Source: a virus
DNA length: 64,000 bases
Virus record (IMG/VR): IMGVR_UViG_3300035698_010295
Coordinates: 13,668-77,667 of that record
Direction: 5' to 3' (one strand)
In this document: one piece after another, positions 17,848 through 27,147 of the stretch
Layout of the letters: each line of letters opens with the position of its first letter
Numbering within the stretch: the first letter of the stretch is position 1
The notes under the pieces: generated by a model
Databases searched by the model: none
Seen by the model: only the letters and a program-made list of their open reading frames with translations
Told to the model about the DNA's origin: nothing
Position numbers and translations under genes: made by a program

Positions 17848-20079
17848 CTATTTATCAGCCCACGATTTTAAATTTTTATGCCATTCAATGTTAATCAACG
17901 GTATGATAGGTCTGTATTTTTCTATTGTTTGATTAACAACTTTCGCAACGTTATCAGCAATCTCTGGGACACAAGGACACATGATTTCATCATGTATATT
18001 CATGGGCATTACTTTCCAAGTTGTTACACCGGATGGTTGTAAATCCCAGATGGCACATTCAACATTTTTAGTAATCTGAGCACCAGTGCTCTGAATGCGG
18101 TGATTAGCAGCTGCTCGCATATTAGCAGCTTGAATAGCAAAAGCTGCCCCAAAAAGTGCAGAACGAACTGCTCCACTAGCCGTTTGTTGACGATCACGAC
18201 GGACAACTTTTATTTTTATATCACACCATTCTTTAGGTGGTTGTTCTGCTAAATCAAATAAAATTTTACAAATTCTATTTTCAAGTTCAAAATACCTTTT
18301 AAAACCAAGCATTGATTCTATGAATATTGCTGGCTCATGCCACTCAACACGAGTACCGATGCCTCCTGGCTGCTTCATTGAACAAAATTTAGCAAAGACT
18401 TTACTACGAGCCTTACCAATTTCTGGGTACATTTTAATGATTTCTTGATAAGCATCTTCTGCACTATTAATAGGAATACCTACTCTATTAGAAAGTGTAT
18501 TAGCTTCACCACCATAAATTAAAGCAAAGACACCTTGTTTACTTTTATGATATCTATCATCTTCTTGACCTTGGGTTTCTAGTATTTCATCATAGCTCAT
18601 ATCAGGGTAGAAACATTGGCCCAGAAGAGCATGAATCTTTTTTCCACTCTCCAAGTCTTTCCGGAGTCGTGGATCATTATATTCAGCATCTGCAAGTGTT
18701 ATTTCGAAACTAATAAAATCACCACCAGAGAGATTCATACCTTCTGGGGCCAATGGAAAACAGCTTCTTAATTCCTTTTCATGTCCTATACCTTGAGCAT
18801 TAAGGCCATCGGCTCCCGACATTCTAGAACTTAGAGTTCCTATGACTTTAAAAGATGCATGAAATCTACCAGCTTGTAAAAGTTTATCTATAACTTCTAT
18901 TTTCTTTTTTGCTTTTCTAGCTTCTAAAATTTCTTTAGCTGCGGCTGCGGCTGGGTGATCATCCCAAGTTAATATCTCTTCGAGAATTTGTCTTTTAGTA
19001 GATTCACGAATACATAATTGTTCAGTTTCATTCATTTTTGACATTAAGTATTTTTTAGCAATATGTGGCGTAGTTGCAAGAGTCATTTTTTCTTTAAGTA
19101 ATTCTTGAGATTTTAGTTTTAAATTTTGTAGTTTATCAAGGTCTAATCTGTAGCCTTTCCAGCGTACAGCACCCACCATACAAGCTAGAATAGAATCGTC
19201 GTCATTAGCTAGTGTATGATACTCTGGTGCCCAATCATCACTATTAGCATATTGCCTTGGGTTTGAGCGTTTAGCCTCTAACCAACAAAAATACTTATAC
19301 AAATTTCTAGTGTATCTTACATCATCCTTAGCATATTCTATAGCTAGTCTATTATACATCCAAAAGCTCAGATGTTCAGTCAACATATCAGGCCAATATC
19401 CCCAGCCTTTACCCGCAAAGGGTGCCCAACCTTTTTCTTCAACTTTAGCTCCACATTGTAGATCATCGAACTTGCGTACTTCTAAACCAAGAGCATCAAC
19501 AGCTAGTGCTTTTAAAGCAGAAGATGGCTTAAATCCTAAAACAACATCTTTAAAGTTAGGATCAATATCACCTAAATCATTTTTTACATCGAAGACTTTC
19601 CACCGCTCTGTTGGGTCTTGTTTCCTAGCAAAGTAGATGTCATTGAATGGGATTTTTCTGCCAAGCTCTGAAGCCAACATCCAAGCAAGAGGAGTTGGCA
19701 CACGTTTAATACGTACATCGCTCCTATCCATTGTAGATTGGTATGGACCTTTTCTTGCATGGAGCATAAGATCAAAAGCACCGATAGGCTTGATACAAAA
19801 GCCATCGCGGGAAGCCAACTCTCCTTTAGCAATTTCCGATATATCAGGAATACCAATGTGGTTGACAAAAAGATTATACAACTTACAAATATGAAACCAA
19901 TCAAAAGCCAAATTAAAACCAACGATAGTGTCATTGCAAAATTCCTCTATAAGAGATAGTGTTTCGGATATTGGTTCTTCCCATGGGTAATATAGTTGTA
20001 TAGGTCCATCATCTTTAGCATATTGAATCAAACATATTACACCATGAAAACCACAGGTTTCAGTATCAAGGAAGATCAT
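17848..20079 (-). CDS. polA: family A DNA polymerase with 3'-5' exonuclease domain
   Basis: Exo DTET, GFNLAFD, YAKDD; polymerase motif A GDFISFE, motif B KQGVFALIYG, IQSTGA, motif C IHDEI. Confidence 0.88.
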   Translation of the reverse strand: MIFLDTETCGFHGVICLIQYAKDDGPIQLYYPWEEPISETLSLIEEFCNDTIVGFNLAFDWFHICKLYNLFVNHIGIPDISEIAKGELASRDGFCIKPIGAFDLMLHARKGPYQSTMDRSDVRIKRVPTPLAWMLASELGRKIPFNDIYFARKQDPTERWKVFDVKNDLGDIDPNFKDVVLGFKPSSALKALAVDALGLEVRKFDDLQCGAKVEEKGWAPFAGKGWGYWPDMLTEHLSFWMYNRLAIEYAKDDVRYTRNLYKYFCWLEAKRSNPRQYANSDDWAPEYHTLANDDDSILACMVGAVRWKGYRLDLDKLQNLKLKSQELLKEKMTLATTPHIAKKYLMSKMNETEQLCIRESTKRQILEEILTWDDHPAAAAAKEILEARKAKKKIEVIDKLLQAGRFHASFKVIGTLSSRMSGADGLNAQGIGHEKELRSCFPLAPEGMNLSGGDFISFEITLADAEYNDPRLRKDLESGKKIHALLGQCFYPDMSYDEILETQGQEDDRYHKSKQGVFALIYGGEANTLSNRVGIPINSAEDAYQEIIKMYPEIGKARSKVFAKFCSMKQPGGIGTRVEWHEPAIFIESMLGFKRYFELENRICKILFDLAEQPPKEWCDIKIKVVRRDRQQTASGAVRSALFGAAFAIQAANMRAAANHRIQSTGAQITKNVECAIWDLQPSGVTTWKVMPMNIHDEIMCPCVPEIADNVAKVVNQTIEKYRPIIPLINIEWHKNLKSWADK

Positions 20080-20080
20080 G

Positions 20081-20935
20081 TTACACCTTTTTGCTATAGT
20101 CTAATCCTTCTCTTGGTATTATATATGATGGATCCAACTCATTCAGATCCAAGAAAACATCCATATCCGTTATTTCACCAGCGGCCCAAGCTAAAACACG
20201 GGTTGCTATACCTTCATTGTTGGTATTTAGTAGGTGCTCAATCATTACGAAACATTCTTTACGATTCCGTGCATGTTTAACTTGCGATGGTTTCTTTGGT
20301 AAATAACCTTTTTCACGTTTCTTTATATTATAAGCTTCACCACGTAATTTAGCTTCTTTAGCTTTTTTAACCTCACCATAAATAACTTCTGGTGGTGCAC
20401 CCTTGTGTAACAGGCTGTAAATATCTCTAACCTGTGTCTGATTTATTAAACCAGCTGCACACTCATCTTGAATGTCTTTAGGTAATTTAAGTAATAAACA
20501 ACGAACCTGCACCCAACCTCTAGATGTCGAAGTTAATTTATTAGCAATGTCAGTCTCTGTAAGACCTAAATCAAAAAGTGGTTTAATAGCAAAAGCTTCT
20601 TCCAATACATTTAAATCTTTACGTGCGAGATTTTCATTAAGATTAAGTATACGAGCATCAACATCATTTAGGTCAGTTCTAATTATGCAATGTATTTTAC
20701 TAAATTTAATGTCATCATTAGCTAAAATCATATGTGCTTTAAAACGACGATGACCAGCTATTACCTTATATTGTTTTACACCTTGAACCGATGGTACAAT
20801 GACAATAGGTTGAATAAGACCTTGTTCTTGTATTGATTTAGCTAAATCAATAACTTGTGTGAACTGTATTTGGTCACGAGAATTAAATTCTTCATCCATC
20901 CAAATATTTGTTAACTCTATATCTACTATTTGCAT
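20081..20935 (-). CDS. ParB/Spo0J-like protein
   Basis: LAKSIQEQGLIQPI, IAGHRRFKA, ENLARKDL, HTH. Confidence 0.88.
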   Translation of the reverse strand: MQIVDIELTNIWMDEEFNSRDQIQFTQVIDLAKSIQEQGLIQPIVIVPSVQGVKQYKVIAGHRRFKAHMILANDDIKFSKIHCIIRTDLNDVDARILNLNENLARKDLNVLEEAFAIKPLFDLGLTETDIANKLTSTSRGWVQVRCLLLKLPKDIQDECAAGLINQTQVRDIYSLLHKGAPPEVIYGEVKKAKEAKLRGEAYNIKKREKGYLPKKPSQVKHARNRKECFVMIEHLLNTNNEGIATRVLAWAAGEITDMDVFLDLNELDPSYIIPREGLDYSKKV

Positions 20936-21111
20936 AATTTTCCTATGATTTTATCCCCACAAGTTATTATCCCGTTCGTATTTTGAAACCAAGCACAAAC
21001 TTTTGTACACTGGATAAAGTCTTCATTGCCTTTGTCCTTTAAAGGACAAGTCACTAGCCAATTATCCTCAGACGTTAAAAAGCCATTTTCATTAATCTTT
21101 ATCACTCTCAT
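20926..21111 (-). CDS. small Cys-rich protein
   Basis: CP...CTKVCAWF...C...IIG. Confidence 0.55.
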   Translation of the reverse strand: MRVIKINENGFLTSEDNWLVTCPLKDKGNEDFIQCTKVCAWFQNTNGIITCGDKIIGKLCK

Positions 21112-21306
21112 TTTGGCACCACAGTTTGCTCCATAGCATCTTTGATGCCTTCAAAAAATTGATTTAATAAACCAATTTTGACACCTTTACAAAAGATGAA
21201 ATTTTCATTTTTATCAAACCAAGCACACCTTGTAATGACAAACTTTTTTTGAGTTAAAAGGGAAATCAAAGCCATGACTACAATTTATCTTTACTCCATC
21301 AATCAT
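21108..21306 (-). pseudogene. frameshifted tandem paralog of 20926..21111
   Basis: MIDGVKINCSHGF...KVCHY in one frame, CAWFDKNENFIFCKGVKIG in another. Confidence 0.4.
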
Positions 21307-24190
21307 TACTTTTTTCATCCAACACCTTTATAATATTACCTAAACTCAAACTTTGTAATTGTTTCTTTTGCTTCAAATTATCCAGTACGTATTTATCAGT
21401 AGGTAAGTGAAAAAGATCAATAATAGTGGCACCTCTATTATTATCCATACCAGGACGATGTATCCTGTCTTCAGATTGAAGCCTATACATGCCATTGAAA
21501 TCATTACTATAGTATACAATAGATGGTGAGGCTGTAAAAGTAAGACCTTCAGATCCAGAAGCAGGGTGACCAATAACACACAACAAAGGAAAAGCATTAC
21601 GAAATTCATTGTATTTTGGATGCGATAAATCCATAGCTTGTAAGGCTTCATTAAGGTCATAACTATTTCCCTCTTTATCGGAAACAGTCCATCCTTGGCC
21701 GTCAATCCTTATTACGATCCAGCCAGCTTCTTTAACCATTTTACAAAGATGATCTATAGATGCTGTAAAACCGGCATAGAAAACGAGTCTAGCGACTTCC
21801 ATATGTTCATCAAGTAAATTAAGTACAACATCATTTTTAGGGCAGTCAATAAAGGTTGAGTCACGCTCATAAATAGATTGAATTCCAGTGCTACCACAAT
21901 TTGGACATGGAATTTCTTCATATTCAAGAGGATCAGTGTCTGGCTTAGGATGTTGTATTGTTTTGTTCCCGAGACAAAGACTACATGTTTCGGTTCCAGT
22001 TTTGACTTTAGTATATTGAAAACCATCACTTAACTCTCGTAAGAGTGTTAGTGCTTTAATTGTGCTTGATGCTGTATTAGCGAGTGTTCTAGCAACATTT
22101 AAAATCGATTGTGTTGGTTTCACCTCAATTATGCGATACTGTTTATCCGGAAGATCAAAACAATCTTTTTTAAATTGGACTAAAACAAGTCCTTTAAGTC
22201 GTTTACTTAATTTTGAAACTTCATTTATTGATCTTGTAAACTCGTGATACCCTGGCTCAGTTAGATTGTGATTTATTGCATCTTTAAACTGACCACAAAT
22301 TTTACATTTATTATCATCATCCCACCATGTAATTAGCTTTGGATATGATCCACCATATTGTGCTTCACACATCTCTGTGAGACACAATCTATTACGAAAT
22401 TTAGCTTCAGTTCCCTCTCTTAAAAAACCGGGCATTGCTACTTCACAATTATGTGCGATAAATCCATTAGCAGAAAATTTATGTATACCTGGAACTTCTA
22501 TATCATAGACATCTTCTATAGAATCTTGTTCAACAGATTCTACTGTTGCTACTGGTGTGCTGGTCCAATTATGTCTATTTTTGATTCTCTTAATCAAGCG
22601 TTCTTTTTTCTTTGTTTGATTAAAATCAATAATATATTGAAATTTAATAGCTTCAGTATTTATTATTTGAATTTCATAACAAAAATCTGATGTATTAATT
22701 TTGCGTCCATCAATATATGATATACCTACATTTTTTTTAATTCTTATCTTACAATAAATACCTAAAGACTGCAATAATAATTGAATTTTATAGATTCTAT
22801 CTTTATCTACTTGTGCTAATGTTATTCTTAAAGTATCTTTAGAAACACTACCATCAGCATCAAACATACCTCTTAAAAATCCAATAATAAAACTACTAGA
22901 TGCAGTCATTATATTGTGGTCAATAATCTTTTTTGGTGTGATACCCCACTCACGAACAATATCATTAATTCTACCACCATGAATTATAAGGGCTTCACCA
23001 CTAGAAGTAATATTATCTTGTTCAAGTATTTTACATACTTCTGGTATCAAGCAAAAATCACCCTCAAAAAATTGAAGGCGACTATAGTAACCACTTTCTT
23101 TTTTAGTAACATTACCATCACCAAACAACAACCCTAAAATGTAACCTTCATTTTCTGATCCTGTTCCCTCCCAGTGATTGTATGATTCTGGCGTTGAAAT
23201 TTTGATTTCATCACCAATTTCTAGCTCACATAATTTTCTCCAAAGCTTTAAGCCATCATAATTAACAAGGAATTTTTGATCTTCTGTAGCTCTTACAGAA
23301 TACCCTTCATTAGTGTTAATCTTATAAAGTTGCTTAGTTCCAGTTTTAAAGAAACCATTAGTCTTTACTTTGTGGTTATCAACTAATATATTAGTCTTTT
23401 GATGAATTAACTCTTTAATTTGTTTTAGACCTTGATCCGTAGTTATCCAAGTATCATCAGAAAAGCATTGCCAAAACCAATCAGTTGGGGCCTTTGGGGC
23501 AGGTGTTCCTGTTAAACAGATAACAAACCCTTTTTCTTTGTGTTCTAATCGTACACTATTAGCCAAGTGTGATGCTGCTTGTGAACGTTGTGAAGTGGAA
23601 TTTTTAATTCGAGCACTTTCATCAAACACAACACCTTGTGGGGCAACTCCATCCCATGACTCTAAATCAATACGAAACTTATCATAAGTTAAGAGTCGCG
23701 GTTTTACCCGCGACTCCCACTTCAACAATTCCAACTCAACACTTTTAAGGGCTGATTTAGGAGCTATGTACCACCAGTCTTTTAGACCAGATTGCTCCAT
23801 AACTTCAATAGCTGCAAGTGATTTTCCAACACCCATCTCACCAGCAAACATACAATAGTGTCTGGTTAGTATGTGCCTTACTGCTTCAACTTGATGTTTA
23901 AACAATGGGCGGTCAGTGACACAATTTAATAAATCAGCATCATAAGGAGCATATGGATTTTCATTTTTAAGGTATTTTAATTGGAAAACATTTCTCGGTG
24001 TAAGAGGTGCACTCCAAATTTTACGTGGATTATTATCAAAGCCATGCCATTTTGCACCTGACATATTTTTGATTTCATCCATCAACTTGCGATTAAAACG
24101 AAACTTAAAATATATTCTACCATCTTCAACAGCAACTTGAGCAGGTATTAAACGATTTTCTGCTCGTAACTTCATCATTTGATAATCCAT
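21299..24190 (-). CDS. SNF2-like superfamily 2 helicase with intein
   Basis: EMGVGKS, VFDES, LTGTP, EGLTFT, QSEDRIHRPG. Confidence 0.9.
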   Translation of the reverse strand: MDYQMMKLRAENRLIPAQVAVEDGRIYFKFRFNRKLMDEIKNMSGAKWHGFDNNPRKIWSAPLTPRNVFQLKYLKNENPYAPYDADLLNCVTDRPLFKHQVEAVRHILTRHYCMFAGEMGVGKSLAAIEVMEQSGLKDWWYIAPKSALKSVELELLKWESRVKPRLLTYDKFRIDLESWDGVAPQGVVFDESARIKNSTSQRSQAASHLANSVRLEHKEKGFVICLTGTPAPKAPTDWFWQCFSDDTWITTDQGLKQIKELIHQKTNILVDNHKVKTNGFFKTGTKQLYKINTNEGYSVRATEDQKFLVNYDGLKLWRKLCELEIGDEIKISTPESYNHWEGTGSENEGYILGLLFGDGNVTKKESGYYSRLQFFEGDFCLIPEVCKILEQDNITSSGEALIIHGGRINDIVREWGITPKKIIDHNIMTASSSFIIGFLRGMFDADGSVSKDTLRITLAQVDKDRIYKIQLLLQSLGIYCKIRIKKNVGISYIDGRKINTSDFCYEIQIINTEAIKFQYIIDFNQTKKKERLIKRIKNRHNWTSTPVATVESVEQDSIEDVYDIEVPGIHKFSANGFIAHNCEVAMPGFLREGTEAKFRNRLCLTEMCEAQYGGSYPKLITWWDDDNKCKICGQFKDAINHNLTEPGYHEFTRSINEVSKLSKRLKGLVLVQFKKDCFDLPDKQYRIIEVKPTQSILNVARTLANTASSTIKALTLLRELSDGFQYTKVKTGTETCSLCLGNKTIQHPKPDTDPLEYEEIPCPNCGSTGIQSIYERDSTFIDCPKNDVVLNLLDEHMEVARLVFYAGFTASIDHLCKMVKEAGWIVIRIDGQGWTVSDKEGNSYDLNEALQAMDLSHPKYNEFRNAFPLLCVIGHPASGSEGLTFTASPSIVYYSNDFNGMYRLQSEDRIHRPGMDNNRGATIIDLFHLPTDKYVLDNLKQKKQLQSLSLGNIIKVLDEKSND
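22448..23467 (-). mobile_element. 340-aa intein with LAGLIDADG homing endonuclease
   Basis: Junctions WQ|CFSDDT and VYDIEVPGIHKFSANGFIAHN|C; block B ATEDQ; motifs LGLLFGDG and LRGMFDADG. Confidence 0.92.
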
Positions 24191-24690
24191 TATGCTCTTT
24201 CCATAATCAATGTTTTATCAGACAGTTGTTTAACATTATAATTTTTCCATAATGTTGTTAATTTAGTTTTCTTTATAATGGTATAAATTTGCATAAATAT
24301 AATTCTAGTTGCTTTAGTTCTTTGTTTGTTAAGCATGGCGGGTAAAGTATAAAACCATTCTAAAATAGTGCCAGACAATATTAATATGTTCTTGCTAATT
24401 AAACAACCTTTTAAGAGACTAGCATACATAAGTATTTCTTCAGGTTGTTCTACAAATACAGCAAAAGTCATATTCGAATGATTCAATAAATCGACATCTA
24501 GTTCAGTTGTCCAAGGATTGTGTACGGGGTTTCTTAAGCTCTGTAAACTATACAGAAAACTAAAAGGACAATTGAGATCTAATTCATTGGAGTCTAAATT
24601 TCGAGTTGGTGATACATCTAAATGTTCTGTGATAAAATCTATATACCCCGACCAATTAACTTTAGGTGCAACTAGAGCTATTACATTCAT
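24190..24690 (-). CDS. hypothetical protein (weak ThyX-like motifs)
   Basis: LLNHSNMTF and ILSGTILEW. Confidence 0.45.
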   Translation of the reverse strand: MNVIALVAPKVNWSGYIDFITEHLDVSPTRNLDSNELDLNCPFSFLYSLQSLRNPVHNPWTTELDVDLLNHSNMTFAVFVEQPEEILMYASLLKGCLISKNILILSGTILEWFYTLPAMLNKQRTKATRIIFMQIYTIIKKTKLTTLWKNYNVKQLSDKTLIMERA

Positions 24691-25355
24691 CTGTCTCGAT
24701 TATCCTCTTCAACAGTTTCCACTTCATTTTTAGGTGGATTTTGGAATTTAGTAATAGCTTTAATAAAAGTCTCTGCATCCGGAAAATCAAAGGGTGTTGT
24801 ACAATCTTGAATAACTGACACATGCCAACTATATTTCTTATTTGATACTAACTTAACCCCTAATGTAGCAGGCCCAGGTGTGTTTGTTTCTTCATTCATT
24901 TTGAGCCGAAGATTTGGTGCTACACGTCTAGCTGATTTACTGTACATATAAAATGTTGCAAACTGGTTTTCAGTTGGCAACCAAAGTAAAAAATCAAGAC
25001 CACACATACAACCGGAATTTGAATCAGAAGATGTTTCTCTGATACGTGTAAATTCAGCATCCTTTGGATCATACACGTTAGTAATTTCATTGTCATCGGT
25101 TATTTGCATGGCCTTTACTCTCATACTACAAACAAGAACATCAATTTGATTACCTAAATCTTTCATTGTTTCTTTGTCTGTTACAAGAGCATAAACACCC
25201 ATACCTACTATGCCTTTTTTTGTAGCATCAGAATTAGACCCCATAAGTTGGAGTCTTTTAAGATACTCAGAAGAAGTAGCAACGGATGTAATATCATCAG
25301 ATGTAAGTGTTGGTGAAATTAAATTCATGTTTAAATTTGAGAGTTCATTAGTCAT
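24687..25355 (-). CDS. hypothetical replication protein (possible ssDNA-binding protein)
   Basis: Position in the replication module, acidic C-terminus. Confidence 0.4.
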   Translation of the reverse strand: MTNELSNLNMNLISPTLTSDDITSVATSSEYLKRLQLMGSNSDATKKGIVGMGVYALVTDKETMKDLGNQIDVLVCSMRVKAMQITDDNEITNVYDPKDAEFTRIRETSSDSNSGCMCGLDFLLWLPTENQFATFYMYSKSARRVAPNLRLKMNEETNTPGPATLGVKLVSNKKYSWHVSVIQDCTTPFDFPDAETFIKAITKFQNPPKNEVETVEEDNRDR

Positions 25356-25437
25356 TATTTAACCTTATTATTTGATTATTTAATTTAAATAAGGTTTTGC
25401 ATATTTAACAACATATAATATAATTTTTAAATTAAAG

Positions 25438-25462
25438 TGGTGGGGTGCGTGACACCCCACCA
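25438..25462 (-). terminator. intrinsic terminator-like hairpin after the ParB-like gene
   Basis: 10-bp stem TGGTGGGGTG/CACCCCACCA followed by a T-rich tract on the minus strand. Confidence 0.7.
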
Positions 25463-25483
25463 TGGAGCGAAGGAGAAGAAGAG

Positions 25484-26425
25484 TTAACTGGAAACAGATG
25501 CAGCGAGTTCTGCTGTTTCTTTGGCTTTCTTAGCGTCTAGATCAGCTTTACGTTTCGCCTTATTTGCAGCGATTTCAGCTTGACGTTGGTCATACTTTGC
25601 CTTGGCCAACGCAATAGAATCTGGATCTATCCGTAATGCCCACTTCAAGGTAAGTTTAGCTACCTCATTTAAATCTTTAGTGCCAGACTCTTTCACAATT
25701 ATAGGAATGCTATCGGGTTTTTCGAGTTCAGCAAGAAGTTCAGAACGCTTCCTAAGACGTGCTTGAGGTTCAAATTCCGCTTTACTAACTGATTTACCTG
25801 ACCGTAGTGCTTCGCGGATTTCTTTAACTCTAGCTGAAACACGAGGTACAAATTCTGCTGGTTGCTCAGATGATGCAGATGCGACAAAATTCTTTTGTTC
25901 TTCAACAGGTAGCTTGGATAATGCGTAAGCGTTAGTCAAAGGAATCTTACCAGAGTCAACGAGTCCTGCAATCTTGTCATCCAATTTAAGAAGACCAAGA
26001 CGCTCACTAATCCAACCAGGAGACATTGACAAATCAGTTGCAAGTTGACTGATAGTAAGCATTTGTTTACCAGCTAAGATTCGTTGAATCTGTTTTGCAA
26101 ACTCAACTGGTTTAGTCTTAACTGTATGTGCATTAGCAATCAATTGTGCTTCAAGAACCTGAGCATCTTCCATGGAGAAAATCTGGGCTGGTAATTCTGT
26201 TAAACCAATCACTAATCCAGCAATAAATCGATGTAGACCATCAATTATCTCATAAGGCTTTTCAGCCCCGGCTTTTGAGTTTCGAACATTGATAGGATTT
26301 AATATTCCTATTGATACAATTGAATCTCGAAGATTTATGAAATCTTCACTTTGTTGATCCACGTTTCTAAGTGCCACTTGGTTTTGTGCGATGTCACTGA
26401 TGGGAATATTTTTCAATTCGGCCAT
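25484..26425 (-). CDS. second ParB/Spo0J-like protein
   Basis: LRDSIVSIGILNPI, IIDGLHRF, HTH LTISQLATDLSMSPGWISERL. Confidence 0.85.
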   Translation of the reverse strand: MAELKNIPISDIAQNQVALRNVDQQSEDFINLRDSIVSIGILNPINVRNSKAGAEKPYEIIDGLHRFIAGLVIGLTELPAQIFSMEDAQVLEAQLIANAHTVKTKPVEFAKQIQRILAGKQMLTISQLATDLSMSPGWISERLGLLKLDDKIAGLVDSGKIPLTNAYALSKLPVEEQKNFVASASSEQPAEFVPRVSARVKEIREALRSGKSVSKAEFEPQARLRKRSELLAELEKPDSIPIIVKESGTKDLNEVAKLTLKWALRIDPDSIALAKAKYDQRQAEIAANKAKRKADLDAKKAKETAELAASVSS

Positions 26426-26871
26426 TTACAATACCTTTCCTTGATTCAGTAAATTAAATTGTCCCGTACACTGGATTAAATCAAATCAATATCGGCACAA
26501 TATCGATTCGACTACCAATACAACCCTATATCGTCAGACAGGGCCAAAAAATAAACTAAAAGAATAAAAGCGTATATAGATAGAACGCGTGTATGATTTG
26601 ATTTTTCCTACTTACTACAATTATGAAACCATAACCCTATAGCGTTTTTTTCTCTTTTTTTGTTCTATATAGGTTAGGGTTAAAATTTTAGTAAAATGGT
26701 AACTCTTTTGGTAGCATATATTTAACGTAATGACGATAATAATAATAGTAGTAAGTAACTAAATATTTTGATTTGATTTAATTGTAACACAAAGTAACCC
26801 ATTATTTGTGACAATTTAATTTGATTTAATGATAAATCAAATCGTTGATTTACTAAGTTAAGGATTAATAA
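26426..26871. promoter_or_regulatory. divergent promoter region / candidate replication origin
   Basis: Non-coding, AT-rich, transcription diverges here; several (T)AAATCAAATC repeats in both orientations. Confidence 0.55.
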
Positions 26872-27147
26872 ATGGTAACATTAGAAATTAAAACACTATA
26901 TAAAAAAGAACCTGATACTGTAAAGGTTTTCAAACACGATGACCATCAAATAAGATTAACAATAGAAGATGGTTATGCTATGACAACAGTTTATATGTCA
27001 GAATTGGAAACAGATTTACTTGTCAGGATATTAACCAATGCTAAAAACGGTGTCAATAAAGTCCTTTCTAACGGTAAACACGCATCAAGATTTGGCGAAT
27101 CTTTATGCGACAAACATGGAATGTCAGGTCAATGTCGCACAGGATGA
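26872..27147 (+). CDS. hypothetical protein
   Basis: AAGGA RBS; first gene of the plus-strand operon. Confidence 0.55.
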   Translation: MVTLEIKTLYKKEPDTVKVFKHDDHQIRLTIEDGYAMTTVYMSELETDLLVRILTNAKNGVNKVLSNGKHASRFGESLCDKHGMSGQCRTG

